The notes below the pieces were generated by a model that saw nothing but the letters and a program-made list of their open reading frames with translations, made no database searches and had not been told where the DNA came from. Shown piece after piece: positions 14,665 to 27,092 of a stretch of 64,000 nucleotides of DNA. This DNA comes from Octopus vulgaris. Its lineage: Eukaryota. The position numbers and the translations under genes were made by a program. How positions within the stretch are numbered: the stretch's first letter is position 1; each line of letters opens with the position of its first letter. The stretch lies in the NCBI GenBank assembly GCA_951406725.2, contig OX597828.1, positions 56,668,001-56,732,000 on the forward strand, read 5' to 3'.

Positions 14665-15065
14665 AGGCTGCGAGCTGGCAGAAAAGTTGGCACGCCGGCG
14701 AAATGCTTAGCCGTATTTCGTCTGCCGTTACGTTCTGAGTTCAAATTCTGCCGAGGTCGACTTTGCCTTTCATCCTTTCGGAGTCGATAAATTAAATACC
14801 AGTTACGCACTGAGGTCGATATAATCGACTTAATCCGTTTGTCTCTCCTTGTTTGTCCTCTCTGTGTTAATTAGCCCCTTGTGGGTAGTAAAGAAATAAA
14901 AATAGGTATTTCGTCTGTCTTTATGTTCTGAGTTCAAATTCCGCCGAGGTCGACTTTGCCTTTCATCATTTCGGAATCGATAAATTAAGTACCAGTTGCA
15001 TACTGGTGTTGATCTAATCGGCTGGCCCCATCCCCCCAAATTTTGGGCTGTGTGACGTGTAGAAA
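14665..15065 (+). mobile_element. SINE-like repeat, family 2, internally dimeric copy
   Basis: Two successive GAGTTCAAATTC.GCCGAGGTCGACTTTGCC modules. Confidence 0.85.
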
Positions 15066-15539
15066 AGGATATATATTGATATCAAGTACACGTAAATTCG
15101 ATTGTTTTCCTTACGCAGAAATGCCCTAACATACCGGGATGCACCACACGGTATAGGATTTCAGACGTTCGTAATTAGTTGGTGAATATATATATATATA
15201 TATATATGTGTGCGTGTGTGTGTGTGTATGTGTGTGTGAAATTATTATATGTACACAAACACACACACACACACGCATATATATATATATAGGCCAGCAG
15301 GATAAAACTTCTAAGTCACTCTACACATATATTGTAAAAGTTATAATAAACTTATACTGTACGATATCATTGAGAAATTCAGTTTGATGTGAATATTTTT
15401 TTATATATATATAGAACTTTCCACAGAAAAAAAAGCATTAGTATATATGTGTGCGTATATATACATATATATGTGTGTGTGTATATATATATCTGTGTGT
15501 GTGTGTGTGTAAGAAATAGATTTGTTTCAACTCGTAGCA

Positions 15540-15722
15540 CAAATGCAGGGATTATTCAGTTACATTGATCTCAGTATGTACCTGGTACTTATTCTATCGA
15601 GCCCGACAGGATGAAAAGCAAGGTCGACCTCGGTGGTATTCCAACTTAGAGCAGAAAACATAGACGTACTGTCGCTAAGCATTTATTCCGACGCGGTAAA
15701 TATTCTACCACCTCACCACCTC
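15540..15722 (-). mobile_element. Old family-2 copy
   Basis: GGATGAAAAGCAAGGTCGACCTCGG core. Confidence 0.7.
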
Positions 15723-16042
15723 ATGTATAACAAATATACCAACGCGCTAGTTACAACCGGGAATTGAAACCGCGACATGCACTCATCCTCACAACCCGCT
15801 GTATCTAATAAATAATAACCATTCACTAGTATAAGGTAGCGCCGCCGAACTGCCCTGCCGCGCAATTATTACCGGCAGGTACCTAATTTTTTTCTTTCGA
15901 TTATTTTCTCTTCGAAATTTAAGAAAGTTAAACCACAAACATGAAAAACCACAAACATGCATCCTACATCGCTACCGATATTCGTCGTTGATAAACAAGA
16001 AGAAATTCTAAAACATAAACAAAAATGTGAAACGTCACTTAC

Positions 16043-16340
16043 CTCGGCTATACAAAGAATTGTAATATTAGTAGAAGTTTGATTCCTTTGAACAGTAAAA
16101 TATTGTCAGTAGTGTCCTGTTAGTTATACGGCACAGTAATAACAGCTGATTTATACAGAGCGAAATAGACAGAGCGCAGAAGAGACACCAAACGTAAAAC
16201 GTAAAGGGATACACGAGCGAAGAAGAGGAAATGATGCGAAGACAGAGTGGCTGACGGAGAGAGAAGAGACAGCGCGGGAACGAGGAGAAGATGAGAGTAA
16301 GAGAGTGAGTCCGAGCCTCTCCTTATCGCATAATCGTCTG
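16043..16340 (-). promoter_or_regulatory. Candidate promoter and non-coding first exon of a minus-strand gene
   Basis: Minus TATAAAT at 16149-16155; consensus donor GAG|GTAAGT at 16043/16042; CpG-richer non-repetitive sequence at 16160-16340. Confidence 0.45.
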
Positions 16341-16516
16341 ATTCGCAGAAATATACAACGATGCTATGTATAATATTGGTATAGTGGTCTATATGTACGT
16401 ATGTATGGATGTATGTATATACATATATATCATATATATATATATATATAAATATATATTTATGTATGTATGTAAATATATATTTATGTATGTATATATA
16501 TATATATTTATGTATG

Positions 16517-16553
<37 letters not shown>

Positions 16554-16982
16554 TTAATTATGCATACATGTATGTCTCTATATGTATGTTTGTATTTGCA
16601 TATTGTGTCTCTAAGTGAAGACAGCCATACACAGAAGGAAATATACTGAGGAACTGTATAAAGAATATGTGCGTCTTAGTGGTGTGTGTATGTGTGTGTG
16701 TGCGTGAGTGTATCGGCCCGTTTATGACATATATTTATTTTAATCTTTATATATGTATGTTCTATACATTTTTTTTCTTTGGCTTAAATACTAATATCAG
16801 GTGTGAGCGAAATTATACATTCTTATACATACGTAAAGTATATTCATACATACATACTTACAAATATACATACATATATATTCATATACATGTACGTATA
16901 CTCTCCATATATATGGAGAGTTTATGAAAAAAACAAAAGACGTAGACAGGTGGTGTATAAAACAAATAGATGTATTAGTATA

Positions 16983-17019
<37 letters not shown>

Positions 17020-17062
17020 CATAAACACAGAATGACGATAGATAGGTAGATAGATAGAGAGA

Positions 17063-17150
17063 GAAAGAAGAAGAAGAAGAAGAAGAAGAAGAAGAAGAAA
17101 AAGAAGAAGAAGAAGAAGAAGAAGAAGAAGAAGAAGAAGAAGAAGAAGAA
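17063..17150. repeat. (AAG)n microsatellite
   Basis: Visible run. Confidence 0.95.
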
Positions 17151-18555
17151 GGGAGGGAGCTAGGTTGGTAGAGAGAGAGTAAGATAAATATAGCAAAAGA
17201 ACGAAGGTAAAAATTTCTGAAAGAATGAAAGGAACAATGATTCTGCGCTTAAGTGTTCGCGTGTGTGTGCTTATGTGTGTGTGTGTCTGCGTGCGTGTGT
17301 GTGCGTTTGCGTGTATGTGTACGTAAGCGTGTGTCTGTGTGAGCGTGTATATATGTGTGTGTGTGCGTTTGTCTGTGTGTGTGTGCACGTTTATCGGACA
17401 TACACTATATGCTGTACAAGTATTAATCATTTATTTTTTGCACACCATATTCTCGGAAGATTATATCAGTTCAAACTTAATGAACAAGTGTAACAAGAAG
17501 AAGAATGATAAAGTTAAGGAACAATTACTAGAATCACTATAGATATTGCGGCGAATGATAACTTTTTCAAAGAAATTCCTTAGTTTATTGCAACCAAAAT
17601 ATGTTCGCCAGACACATGTGCCAACTCGCAGAGTTCAACGTGTATGCGGCATGTTTATCTGAGGAAAAGTTAGCGATTGAAGCAGTAATTTGATTGCTGT
17701 GGTAGTCGTAGAGGTGGTCGTCTTCATATTCAACTTGAGGTTGGACAGTCCGTGAACAGCAGGATGCTGTGTGACTGAAATACGCTACAGCAAATCACGT
17801 ACTTTTAACTTTAAATGAAGCGAAGACTTCGTGGTTACTTTATTTCGTTCGGTAATTGAAAAGGTTAGTTGTTATGTCGTAAAACATGCCAGGTACAGGT
17901 ATTCGAATTTATCAACGCGTGGTTCGTTGTTGTATGCATGTGTGCGATATTATTACGTAGATAACACATACGCTCTCATATTTATTTGTTTAATATTAGA
18001 TATCACAATAGAACCTAGCATTGAAAAATATTCGGCATTAAGCAGGGCGCGTATGCGGAGTTTATGGCAGTTACGCGGCTCGTGTTAAAGTATATGTATG
18101 TAAACATACGTCTGTAAGTCTCTTTGCATGGCTGCAGATGTAGATATATTACTGCCTATGTGTATAGGCATACTTACACGTGTATCCCTGTATTACCTTA
18201 CAACACTTCATGAATGCCTGTACATACACACGCACACAAACACACATACACATACATATATATATGTATATATATATATATATATACACCGCATAAAATA
18301 TATGTGTGTGCATGTGAACGTAACTTTGCTTTTACAAGCGTATACGAATGGATAAATGCATGGAAGCAAATATCTGCATGTATGCATACTTATGTATGTA
18401 AATATCTGTCAGCTTGCGTATGTATGTCAATATTCCTAGAATCATAGATTTTACAAAACATACGCGCGTGCGCCCACACACACACATGTACACACACACG
18501 CACGTGCAACAAACAGATATCTGTGAGTCTGTTTTTAATATATATACATGTATAA

Positions 18556-18925
18556 GGCGGCGAGCTGGCAGAAACGTTAGCACGCCGGGCGAAATGCGTA
18601 GCCGTATTTCGTCTACTTGTTACGTTCTGAGTTCAAATTCCGCCGAAGTCGACTTTGCCTTTCATCCTTTCGGGGTCGATAAATTAAGTACCTGTTGCGC
18701 ACTGGGGTCGATGTAATCGACCTAATACCTATGTCTGTCTTTGTCCCCTCTATGTTTAGCCCCTTGTGGGTAGTAAAGGAATAGGTATTTCTTCTGTCTT
18801 TACGTTGAGTTCAAATTCCGCCGAGGTCGACTTTGCTTCCATCCCTTCGGGTCGATAAATTAAGCACCTGCTGCGTACTGGAGTCGCTATAATCGACTAA
18901 CCCCTCCCCCAAACTTTCAGGCCTT
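18556..18925 (+). mobile_element. SINE-like repeat, family 2, internally dimeric copy
   Basis: Starts GGCGGCGAGCTGGCAGAAACGTTAGCACGCC; two modules. Confidence 0.85.
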
Positions 18926-19214
18926 CTACTGAGAGTATGCATGTGTATATTTACATATAAGTGTAAACGCGCGCGTATACATGTATGTATGTATATATGT
19001 ATGTATGTATTTATCTATCTATCTATCCATCTATCTACCGCTATATATATGTGCATATATAAATATGAATATATATATATCATATATATATATATGTGTG
19101 TGTGTGTACATATATATATAATATAAATATATATATATATATATATATTATATGCATATATATATATTTATAATGAGTGAGAGAGAGTGATATTTATCTC
19201 TTTATCTTTCACTG

Positions 19215-19248
19215 TATATATATGTGTATGTGTCTGTGTGTATGTGTA

Positions 19249-19301
<53 letters not shown>

Positions 19302-19324
19302 ATACATATGTGTCTGTGTGTTGA

Positions 19325-19361
<37 letters not shown>

Positions 19362-19437
19362 GTATACATATGTGTCTGTGTGTTGATATATATATATATA
19401 TATATACATATATATGTATACATATGTGTCTGTGTGT

Positions 19438-19476
<39 letters not shown>

Positions 19477-19494
19477 ACATATGTGTCTGTGTGT

Positions 19495-19547
<53 letters not shown>
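19215..19547. repeat. Compound minisatellite: GTATACATATGTGTCTGTGTGTTG spacers between (TA)n tracts
   Basis: About 4 repeats visible. Confidence 0.9.
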
Positions 19548-19549
<2 letters not shown>

Positions 19550-19633
19550 TAAACAGTAAAAATAATTACAGACATGGACAAGAACATGAAACGCCACAGA
19601 GACGACACAAGAACCACAGGACGGGACATTCGA

Positions 19634-19700
19634 AGCCCTCAGTCATCAGTCAAGAACCAGATCATCTTAGCAATTTCGGCTGATTAATCTTGAGATTGCT
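19634..19700 (-). ncRNA. Non-circularly permuted hammerhead ribozyme candidate
   Basis: AGCAA-UC-UCAAGA-uuaa-UCAGCC-GAAA-UUGCU-(13 nt)-UCUUGA-CUGAUGA-CUGAGGGCU; helices I and III are each perfect 6 bp. Confidence 0.75.
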
Positions 19701-20414
19701 CCGATATGGGCAGCCCGCCACGGGAAATCTAAGCCAAGTGCATTAGATCCCCTGGAAGAAAGCTTCGAATGTATACAACACGAGGACGGAAAACGAACGA
19801 AGTACACGAACAAAAATACAGAATACGTGACAACAATAAGAATACAAAAACGTAAAAACAATAACGGTAAAAATAAAGTCTAAAAAATAAACAACAAAAC
19901 AAAACCAGGACGTAGGACAAGGGTCTTTCGACAGGACGAATTGAGCATGGGGCTGGCTTATGAAGTTGTGCCTAATGGCCACAGGGAGACGAACAAGTAC
20001 GTGTTGCTTCAACGGCTGCTGGAACGAAAAGAGCGCTCAACAGCGGTCAGCGGTCACGTGAGAACAAAAGACAAGAGAAAGGGACAGATGAAAAGAGAGA
20101 GAAGGTGGACGAGGGAGGAGAAGAAAGAGACAGATCGAGGGGGCTGGAGGTGAGAGAGATAGAGAAACGTAGAAGGGGGGGGGGAAACGGATGGAGAGGG
20201 AAAGAAAGGAGGGGGAATAAGGGAGGAGAGAGAGAGAGAAAGAAAGATTAAGAGTCGTATCAATGCTTGAGAAAAAAATATACTTATCGTATAAGGACAA
20301 TTGTGGATACGTAGCCGCCGATTATATAGGTAAACAGTAAAAATAATTACAGACATGGACAAGAACATGAAACGCCACAGAGACGACACAAGAACCACAG
20401 GACGGGACATTCGA

Positions 20415-20481
20415 AGCCCTCAGTCATCAGTCAAGAACCAGATCATCTTAGCAATTTCGGCTGATTAATCTTGAGATTGCT
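20415..20481 (-). ncRNA. Second identical copy of the permuted hammerhead
   Basis: Identical to 19634-19700. Confidence 0.75.
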
Positions 20482-20714
20482 CCGATATGGGCAGCCCGCC
20501 ACGGGAAATCTAAGCCAAGTGCATTAGATCCCCTAAATAATAAATATTAGGGAATAAATCCAAATTTACAGGGAAAAAATCAGATTTAGGATTAAATCCA
20601 ATTTTATAGTAAAATATTATAAAATATTATTAGAGACAAAACCACTATTTTGCAAAACAAACAAGGAAAGACTTAATCAATACATAAAATTTTAATAAAT
20701 AGTCAAAAAAACCG

Positions 20715-20757
20715 CCACTACAATTGTTTCTTGTCTTGATCGACAATCTTCAGGTGG
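20715..20757 (-). ncRNA. Minimal type-I hammerhead in an AT-rich pLTR-like repeat (20535-20790)
   Basis: ccac-CUGAAGA-uuguc(gaucaa)gacaa-GAAA-caauug-UA-gugg; palindromic helix III ACAAUUGU. Confidence 0.85.
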
Positions 20758-21109
20758 ACTTCCAATATATCAGTTTCAAATTAGACAGATGGATAGGAAG
20801 AAAAAGGACAGAGATAGAGAAAGAGTTATATTGTGAGGTATATGGGGTTTTAAACAAAATCTACATAAAAATTACTTTATGACTAAATAAGCTAGACCCC
20901 GATAAACAAACACTTAATTTGCTTTTTTCTCATTGTTGATGTTTTTCTCTCTCTATCTCTCAGTCACTTCGTTCGATTTCTCCGTACTTTGTTTCATATC
21001 TCACGATATATGCATCTCTCTTCCTTTCTGTCAATCTGTCTAATACATGTTTCTGATACGAAGTTTCCTTCCCAATCATATGTTTCCGTGTTCTGTCCTA
21101 CTATGCTGC

Positions 21110-21540
21110 AACTTTGGCAGGTGTCTTCCACTATAGCCCTGGCAGAGCCAAGCCCTTCTGGCTAGATTTGGTCGGCGGACACTGAAAGAAACCAGTCGTA
21201 TAAATATATGTATGTATTTATATATGCTTGTCTAAGTGTATGTTTTTGTCCCCCACCACTACTTGACGACTTGTGTTGGTTCGAATACGTCACCGTAAAA
21301 TAGTGGTTTGGTAAACGAGACCGGTAACAATAGTAACAGGGCCGACAATCTGAGGACTGGATTCGACCAAAACCTCTAAGGTCGTGCTCCAGCATGGCTG
21401 CTGCCCTGTGCCTTAAGCATTTAAAAGATAAAAGATGTATAAGTTCCAGTACGTCTGCTGTCCTGTGCCTAAAACATCTAAAAGATGAAAGATATATATG
21501 CCCCAGCATGACCGCCGCTTTAAAGCTAAAACAATTGGTA
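21110..21540 (+). mobile_element. SINE family 3, decayed, with triplicated 3' tail
   Basis: TTTGGCAGGTGTCTTC..CTATAGCC...ACTGAAAGAA; three (CCAG)CATG/TACG-type tail repeats. Confidence 0.7.
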
Positions 21541-22289
21541 GTAGTAATGAAAATATATATATACATATATGATAGTATATGCAGAATAACATATAGAAAT
21601 CAAAGTATTCTTCATATTGATGAGTCTTACGGACTACAGTAACCGCAGAATTTGTGAGATAGAAACAGTAAATGAGAAGTGAACGATTAACGCGAAATCT
21701 GTGGGAAGGATGTGTCTAATATTTAACGATCATTTACCAATGCACTGAGGAAGGACATTAAGAGACTAAGACAAGGTTGGTGGTCGTACTACAAGCAATT
21801 AAGAATTAATGAAAGAATACATTTTTAAAATATCGAAATTTTTTTCCAGAGGCATAGACACGTACACACGGTTTGCCAGATTTTGTGATGTATATATTTC
21901 ACCTGTGGAGGGAACGCTAATTCATCGCAAGAACACTCGTTTTTGCCGGCAGACTGGGTTGGAATTATATATAATGAAGATTCATAAATCGGTAACATAT
22001 GCTTAGGATCATTAGTGCTACGCCCTAACGACCATGCACCTCATGTATTAAAGTTTATTAGAATTTAAACTCTAAGTATTAGGGTCATTAAAATAAAATT
22101 CATAGTTGTGCTCAAAGAATAAGTGAGGGAAATATATAGTTTCACACGATCCAATAAACGTATTGGCTATACCTTTATGAATAGCACTAACAAATGTTAA
22201 GTTCACCATATACTTCACAGTCCATAAACAACTCATCACTACCTCTCTACAATTACTAATATATTTGTTATTCGAATTGTGTAGAATGC

Positions 22290-23040
22290 AAATGTGATAC
22301 GCATATGGACGTGTAATTATCGTCACATCACGTTGGTTAATGAGAATTGATTTACACCTAATTAATTCATAAATTCTAGATAAGAACAAATCGCAATTAA
22401 CATTTCTACCCTTATATGTTGTTTTCTTTTGAACGATCAAGCAATTTCATATTCAACATTTTTATCAGCAAGCATCCAAACGCATAAAGTTAATGAAATA
22501 AAATTAGGATTACGTCCTTCTATAAAGCTACATTTGCAGTTATACCTCCTAGGTTCCATATGGTTAGCTGCAGTATCTCCATATATATGGAGTATGCCAA
22601 GTGCTTGTACAGAAATTTTCTAGACACTCTGGGCATATCTATAGTTGCAAAACTTATTCAATATAGTGAGGCTATCATGAGTAGTGGACATAACTACTAG
22701 TATTTAGTGAGTCATCATTTTTATTATTTGCTCAAGGTACATCTATACCACTTGGTAAATTGCTAGATGCACATGTACGGCTAGAAACTTTACGGGTTAT
22801 ATTGCCGTTTGAGAGACGCTTCAGGTTCGTACGGTTAAATCTAGCTAAGTATTATGCAATATTAGGTCTTGTGAAGTGAGGTAGCTTTAGTTTTTTGTCG
22901 CTCAAATATCTTATTATATGGTTTGAATGCAATAATGTACTTATTTAAAGCACGGAATAAAATGGCTGTAATATGGCTGCAATATTTAATCCGAACGGAG
23001 GATTAAACCAGATCATGCTTATCATATGTAATTGGCTATA
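22290..23040 (-). mobile_element. Decayed Penelope-like element, C-terminal linker and GIY-YIG region
   Basis: Minus MIWFNPPFGLNI, YNKIF....LKL.....PNI, and VW.L.DKNVEYEI...Y.....CDL...LINQR, matching the PLE IWFNPP and C.LC..E..LLN.R motifs. Confidence 0.7.
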
Positions 23041-23544
23041 ACCTTTATGAATATCTCCTGACAGTATGAAAAATAGCCAGATAACTAATATTATCTTTCA
23101 GAACATCAATTCTTCACTTTACATTATCTCTTCCCGCTTGTAGTTCGCTTTTGATACATCAACTCATAACAATTCCTTTTAATGCTTAATGTTATGCTTA
23201 TCGCAGCAGTGAATTATTTCATTCTTGTCATTAGTAGTCATGTTTTAGCCAGCAATAACGTGGAGATTAGGATTACCGGTGTTGATACTTGAAGGATAAT
23301 TCTTGTTATTTGTATGTCGATTATATTTATCAGTATCGTTACCCCTAAAATTACTGATAGTTTGTGTGCTAATTGTAGTATTGCAGTGATTTTCCTTATT
23401 ATTGCAATATTACGATTCGTGTCGATTCCAGTCGAATTACTACAGTTAGGACGTCTTATTCCATTTACATCATCATATTATAATTTTGCTTGTTCCCTCC
23501 TTAGCTCGTCCGTCCGTTACGCTCTTTCTATAATGTATAAGAGG

Positions 23545-23721
23545 TGGTACAGAGAAATAGTGAGAGAGAAAGAGTCAGGTTCATAGGGAGAGATAGAGAG
23601 AGAGAGACTGGTGATAGAAAGTGTTTGTGTGTATGTGTGTGTGAACGTGTGACAGTCCGTGTGTGTTTATAGATAGACACATATATCTATACATATCTAT
23701 ATATACATGTATAGATATATG

Positions 23722-23754
<33 letters not shown>

Positions 23755-24137
23755 AAACACACATACAGAATGTCACACGTTCACACACATACTTTTTATC
23801 ACCACTTTCTCTCCCTTCCTCTCCCTCTCCCTCAGACGCTTTCTCTCTCACTGCCTCTCCTCTGTATCGAAAAGTAAAAGTAACATCGAAAAGTTACTGT
23901 GGTTATTTCTCTTTGATTTAACAATGTGTCGATATATTTATTTATCAACTTGTCTTCTGTGAAACGGATCACAAGTAGATAGGGAAATACATCGGCACAT
24001 TGTTAAATTAAAGAGAAATAACCACAGCAAAATTTCGATTTAACTTTTACTTTTCTATACAGAGAAGGGGCAGAGAGGTAGTGAGAGAGAAAGAGTCAGA
24101 GTGAGAGAGAGGAGGAGAGAGAGTGTGTGGTGATAAA

Positions 24138-24169
<32 letters not shown>

Positions 24170-24205
24170 AAGCGTGTGACATTCTGCGTGTGTTTATAGA
24201 CAGAT
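23545..24205. repeat. Three-armed foldback / long imperfect inverted repeat
   Basis: ~23745-23952 inverted to ~23970-24205; 23545-23680 inverted to 23745-23860. Confidence 0.8.
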
Positions 24206-24319
24206 AAAGAGAGAGAGATGGACAGAGAGATAGAGAGCGACACACAGAGATAGACAGACAGATAGACAGACAGACAGAGACAATTTCCAGATGACTGCCG
24301 CACCTATTGTAGTACAGAT

Positions 24320-24745
24320 AAAGTTTTGACAGATGATCCTGCCGAAGTTGAGCGCTATCCACTTGGATATCTAAACCCTTTGGCACCATCAGGAATGGCA
24401 CCTCGTAAATTGAGTTTAAAACTTGGCTCGATAGTAATGCTTCTTCGTAATATTCCTATCCTGAATGGACTCTGCAGTGGTACAAGACTGGAAGTGATGA
24501 CCATGCATTAATATTCAATCGAGACTTCCTTGACTAGCGGCTCATTAATTGGCAGATTAAAGCTGGCTACAAGCGACCCTAACTTGCCATTCATCTTGGT
24601 GGGTACCCAGCTTCCTATCCGTTTGTCATATGCCGTGAGTATTAACTAGTCACAGAGGCGGACATTTGAGAAGGTGGGATTGTCCTTATCTCAGCCAGTG
24701 TTCAGTCACGGGAAGGTATATGAGGCAGACTCTAGAGCTCGCAAA
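24320..24745 (+). mobile_element. Helitron PIF1-like helicase C-terminal fragment (pseudogenised)
   Basis: YP..YLN.L.PSG.AP.KL.LKLGSIVMLLRN....GLCSGTRL; QLPIRLSYAVSIN*SQ..TFEKVGL....VFSHG..Y...SR. Confidence 0.9.
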
Positions 24746-25147
24746 CATAATTATACACTTTATTTCTTTTAGTTTAAAGGATAAAAGATTAATTCTTTAG
24801 ACGTTAAGTTACATTGAAGTAGCTGCTAATATTTTCCAATCCACAAGTTTACAAGCATCTTAACTACAATTATAAACAAGATAATTCCTGATCATTCGAA
24901 ATATATAAGAGGTAACCCGTAAATTCACGATTTCGCTTGAAATAGCCAAACCTTTCTCTAACTTAGAAATATTTATTCACAAAACTTTCCTGTCAAATAT
25001 TTAATAATAACTTTGAGTATTATAATGATATCCTGCTTAAAAAAAGTATTGAAAACAAGACCCTAAATTTGGTGTAAATTCTGCGCACATGAAACATCTA
25101 TACATCGCACAACTCTTTCGTTCGACATTTCAAACCTAAAATTTTGT

Positions 25148-25163
25148 AAATGTATATGTATAT

Positions 25164-25212
<49 letters not shown>

Positions 25213-25213
25213 G

Positions 25214-25296
<83 letters not shown>

Positions 25297-25297
25297 G

Positions 25298-25372
<75 letters not shown>

Positions 25373-25457
25373 GTATATGTATATATATATATATAAATGT
25401 ATATGTATATATATATATATAAATGTATATGTATATATATATATATAAATGTATATG

Positions 25458-25496
<39 letters not shown>

Positions 25497-25510
25497 ATGT
25501 GTGTGTGTGT
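25148..25510. repeat. (TA)n with AAATGTATATG spacers
   Basis: Visible. Confidence 0.95.
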
Positions 25511-25514
25511 ATAT

Positions 25515-25720
25515 GTTTCCGTGTCTGTGTTTGTCCCCCCTCCTCAACATTGATGCTGGTGTGTTTATGTTCCCGTAACCTAGCGGTTTGGCAAGAGAGA
25601 CGGATAGAATAAGTACTAGGCTTACAAAGAATAAGTCCTGGGGTCGATTTGCTCGACTAAAGCCGGTGCTCCAGCATGGCCACAGTCACATGACTAAAAC
25701 AAAGAAAAGAGTAAAGAGTA
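25515..25720 (+). mobile_element. SINE family 3, 3' half
   Basis: GATAGAATAAGTACTAGGCTTACAAAGAATAAGTCCTGGGGTCGATTTGCTCGACTAA. Confidence 0.85.
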
Positions 25721-26054
25721 TATTATAAGATGTATAAATATATAGGTATGTATTTATGTACGTATGTATGTATGTATGTATAAGTAGGCTTATGGATACA
25801 TGATTATATATAAACATACATATAAATATATACATTTAAACATAAATAGGAATATATAGTACCTTATTTCGGGATAGCCATCTCGTTCCAAAATTATCAC
25901 AGCACTATATATTTTTTCTTCCTTCGTTTCTGACTGTTCATGTTTCATTATTTCAACTCATGTCCATTGTCCGGAAATCTTTCTTCACACATCTGTGACC
26001 TCTTCAGCGACACTCTCCATCCTCGTGTGTGCCCCAGCACCAGTTAGTTCAATT

Positions 26055-27092
26055 TTGTCAACATTGACTGAGGCATCTGGATGGTGAACAGGTGTGGGCT
26101 CTATTCGTTACACTGGTGTTTCCCAGGTTTTCTAGTTTCGGTGAAGTGGAACCGTGTATCATGCATAGACCAAGGTTGGAGCATGGCAAACCGAGGGTGG
26201 TCAGGCCTTGGTGCTCCTCTCTCACACGGGTAATACCAGCAGTGGGGGTTCCACCTCGTTCTTTTATAGAAGGTTCGTAGAGGGCCAGTGCCACGACGTA
26301 CTGGGGGAGATCCTGGGCCTCGACGATACTAAACACGCCGGCCTGTTCCGTAGGACATTTGGGCCGGGGCCTTTGGATGAATTCCAAAAGTCTCTGGCTT
26401 GGCAATGTTACCGAGGGACTTTACCAGTTCACGATAAACTCACAAAGCATGGTGCTTTTTACCTGCTCCCACGTGCCCAAGATGCGAGCAGAATCAGGAA
26501 ACCCTTCTGCACGCGATTGTGCAGTCCCCAAGAATATCGAATCTGCGGGATTACGTTGAACAGCCTCTAGCATATCTAGGAGGGATACAACTGTCCTCCG
26601 AGTCAATCATTAAGATTGTTCCACCTTCCTCCTTTAACTGAGAAATGGAGGTATGTTTTCTCGCTATAGCGAAAGAGGTGATGTGCAACACATAGGTGAA
26701 AGGAGTAGCGACAGGCATCGTCATCTCCGGTTTCGCTCTGGTGAGCTATTTTCCATTTCATCTCAAGAGGAAAATAAGACTGGAGAGGAGATTCCTGTCG
26801 CGTGAGATATATGAGAAAAGATGGAAGGACGCGGCGTGCAAGTTGAGGGTGAGTGATTCCACTTAAATGTAAACCGTAAAAGTAAAGGCATGGTTTCAGT
26901 GGCGGACTGGGGCTTGCCGGATCGAAGCGGAACGCAGCTCCCACTCCATTGTGTTGTCTCTTTGTGTTATTCATTCGTTTTTCATAAATTTTGATTGCTA
27001 TATTGTCATCTTAATGTTTATTATCATCCCGTGACCCCTCAGTTTTATTCGTATCGTCATTCTCTATGTAGTCTCTGTTAGGCAATAAAGAA
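26055..27092 (+). mobile_element. L1/Tx1-clade LINE 3' fragment
   Basis: LFRRTFGPGPLDEFQKSLAWQCYRGTLPVHDKL plus CPRC remnant; AATAAAG end. Confidence 0.8.

Larger units (their letters stand above)
19548..20534 (-). mobile_element. Non-autonomous PLE/retrozyme-like element with identical ~206-bp direct repeats
   Basis: 19548-19753 repeated at 20329-20534 (offset 781); each repeat contains a rearranged hammerhead. Confidence 0.7.

Noticed and set aside
19215-19547. Regularly interspaced repeats resembling CRISPR
   Set aside because: Spacers are just (TA)n, the context is eukaryotic and there are no cas genes
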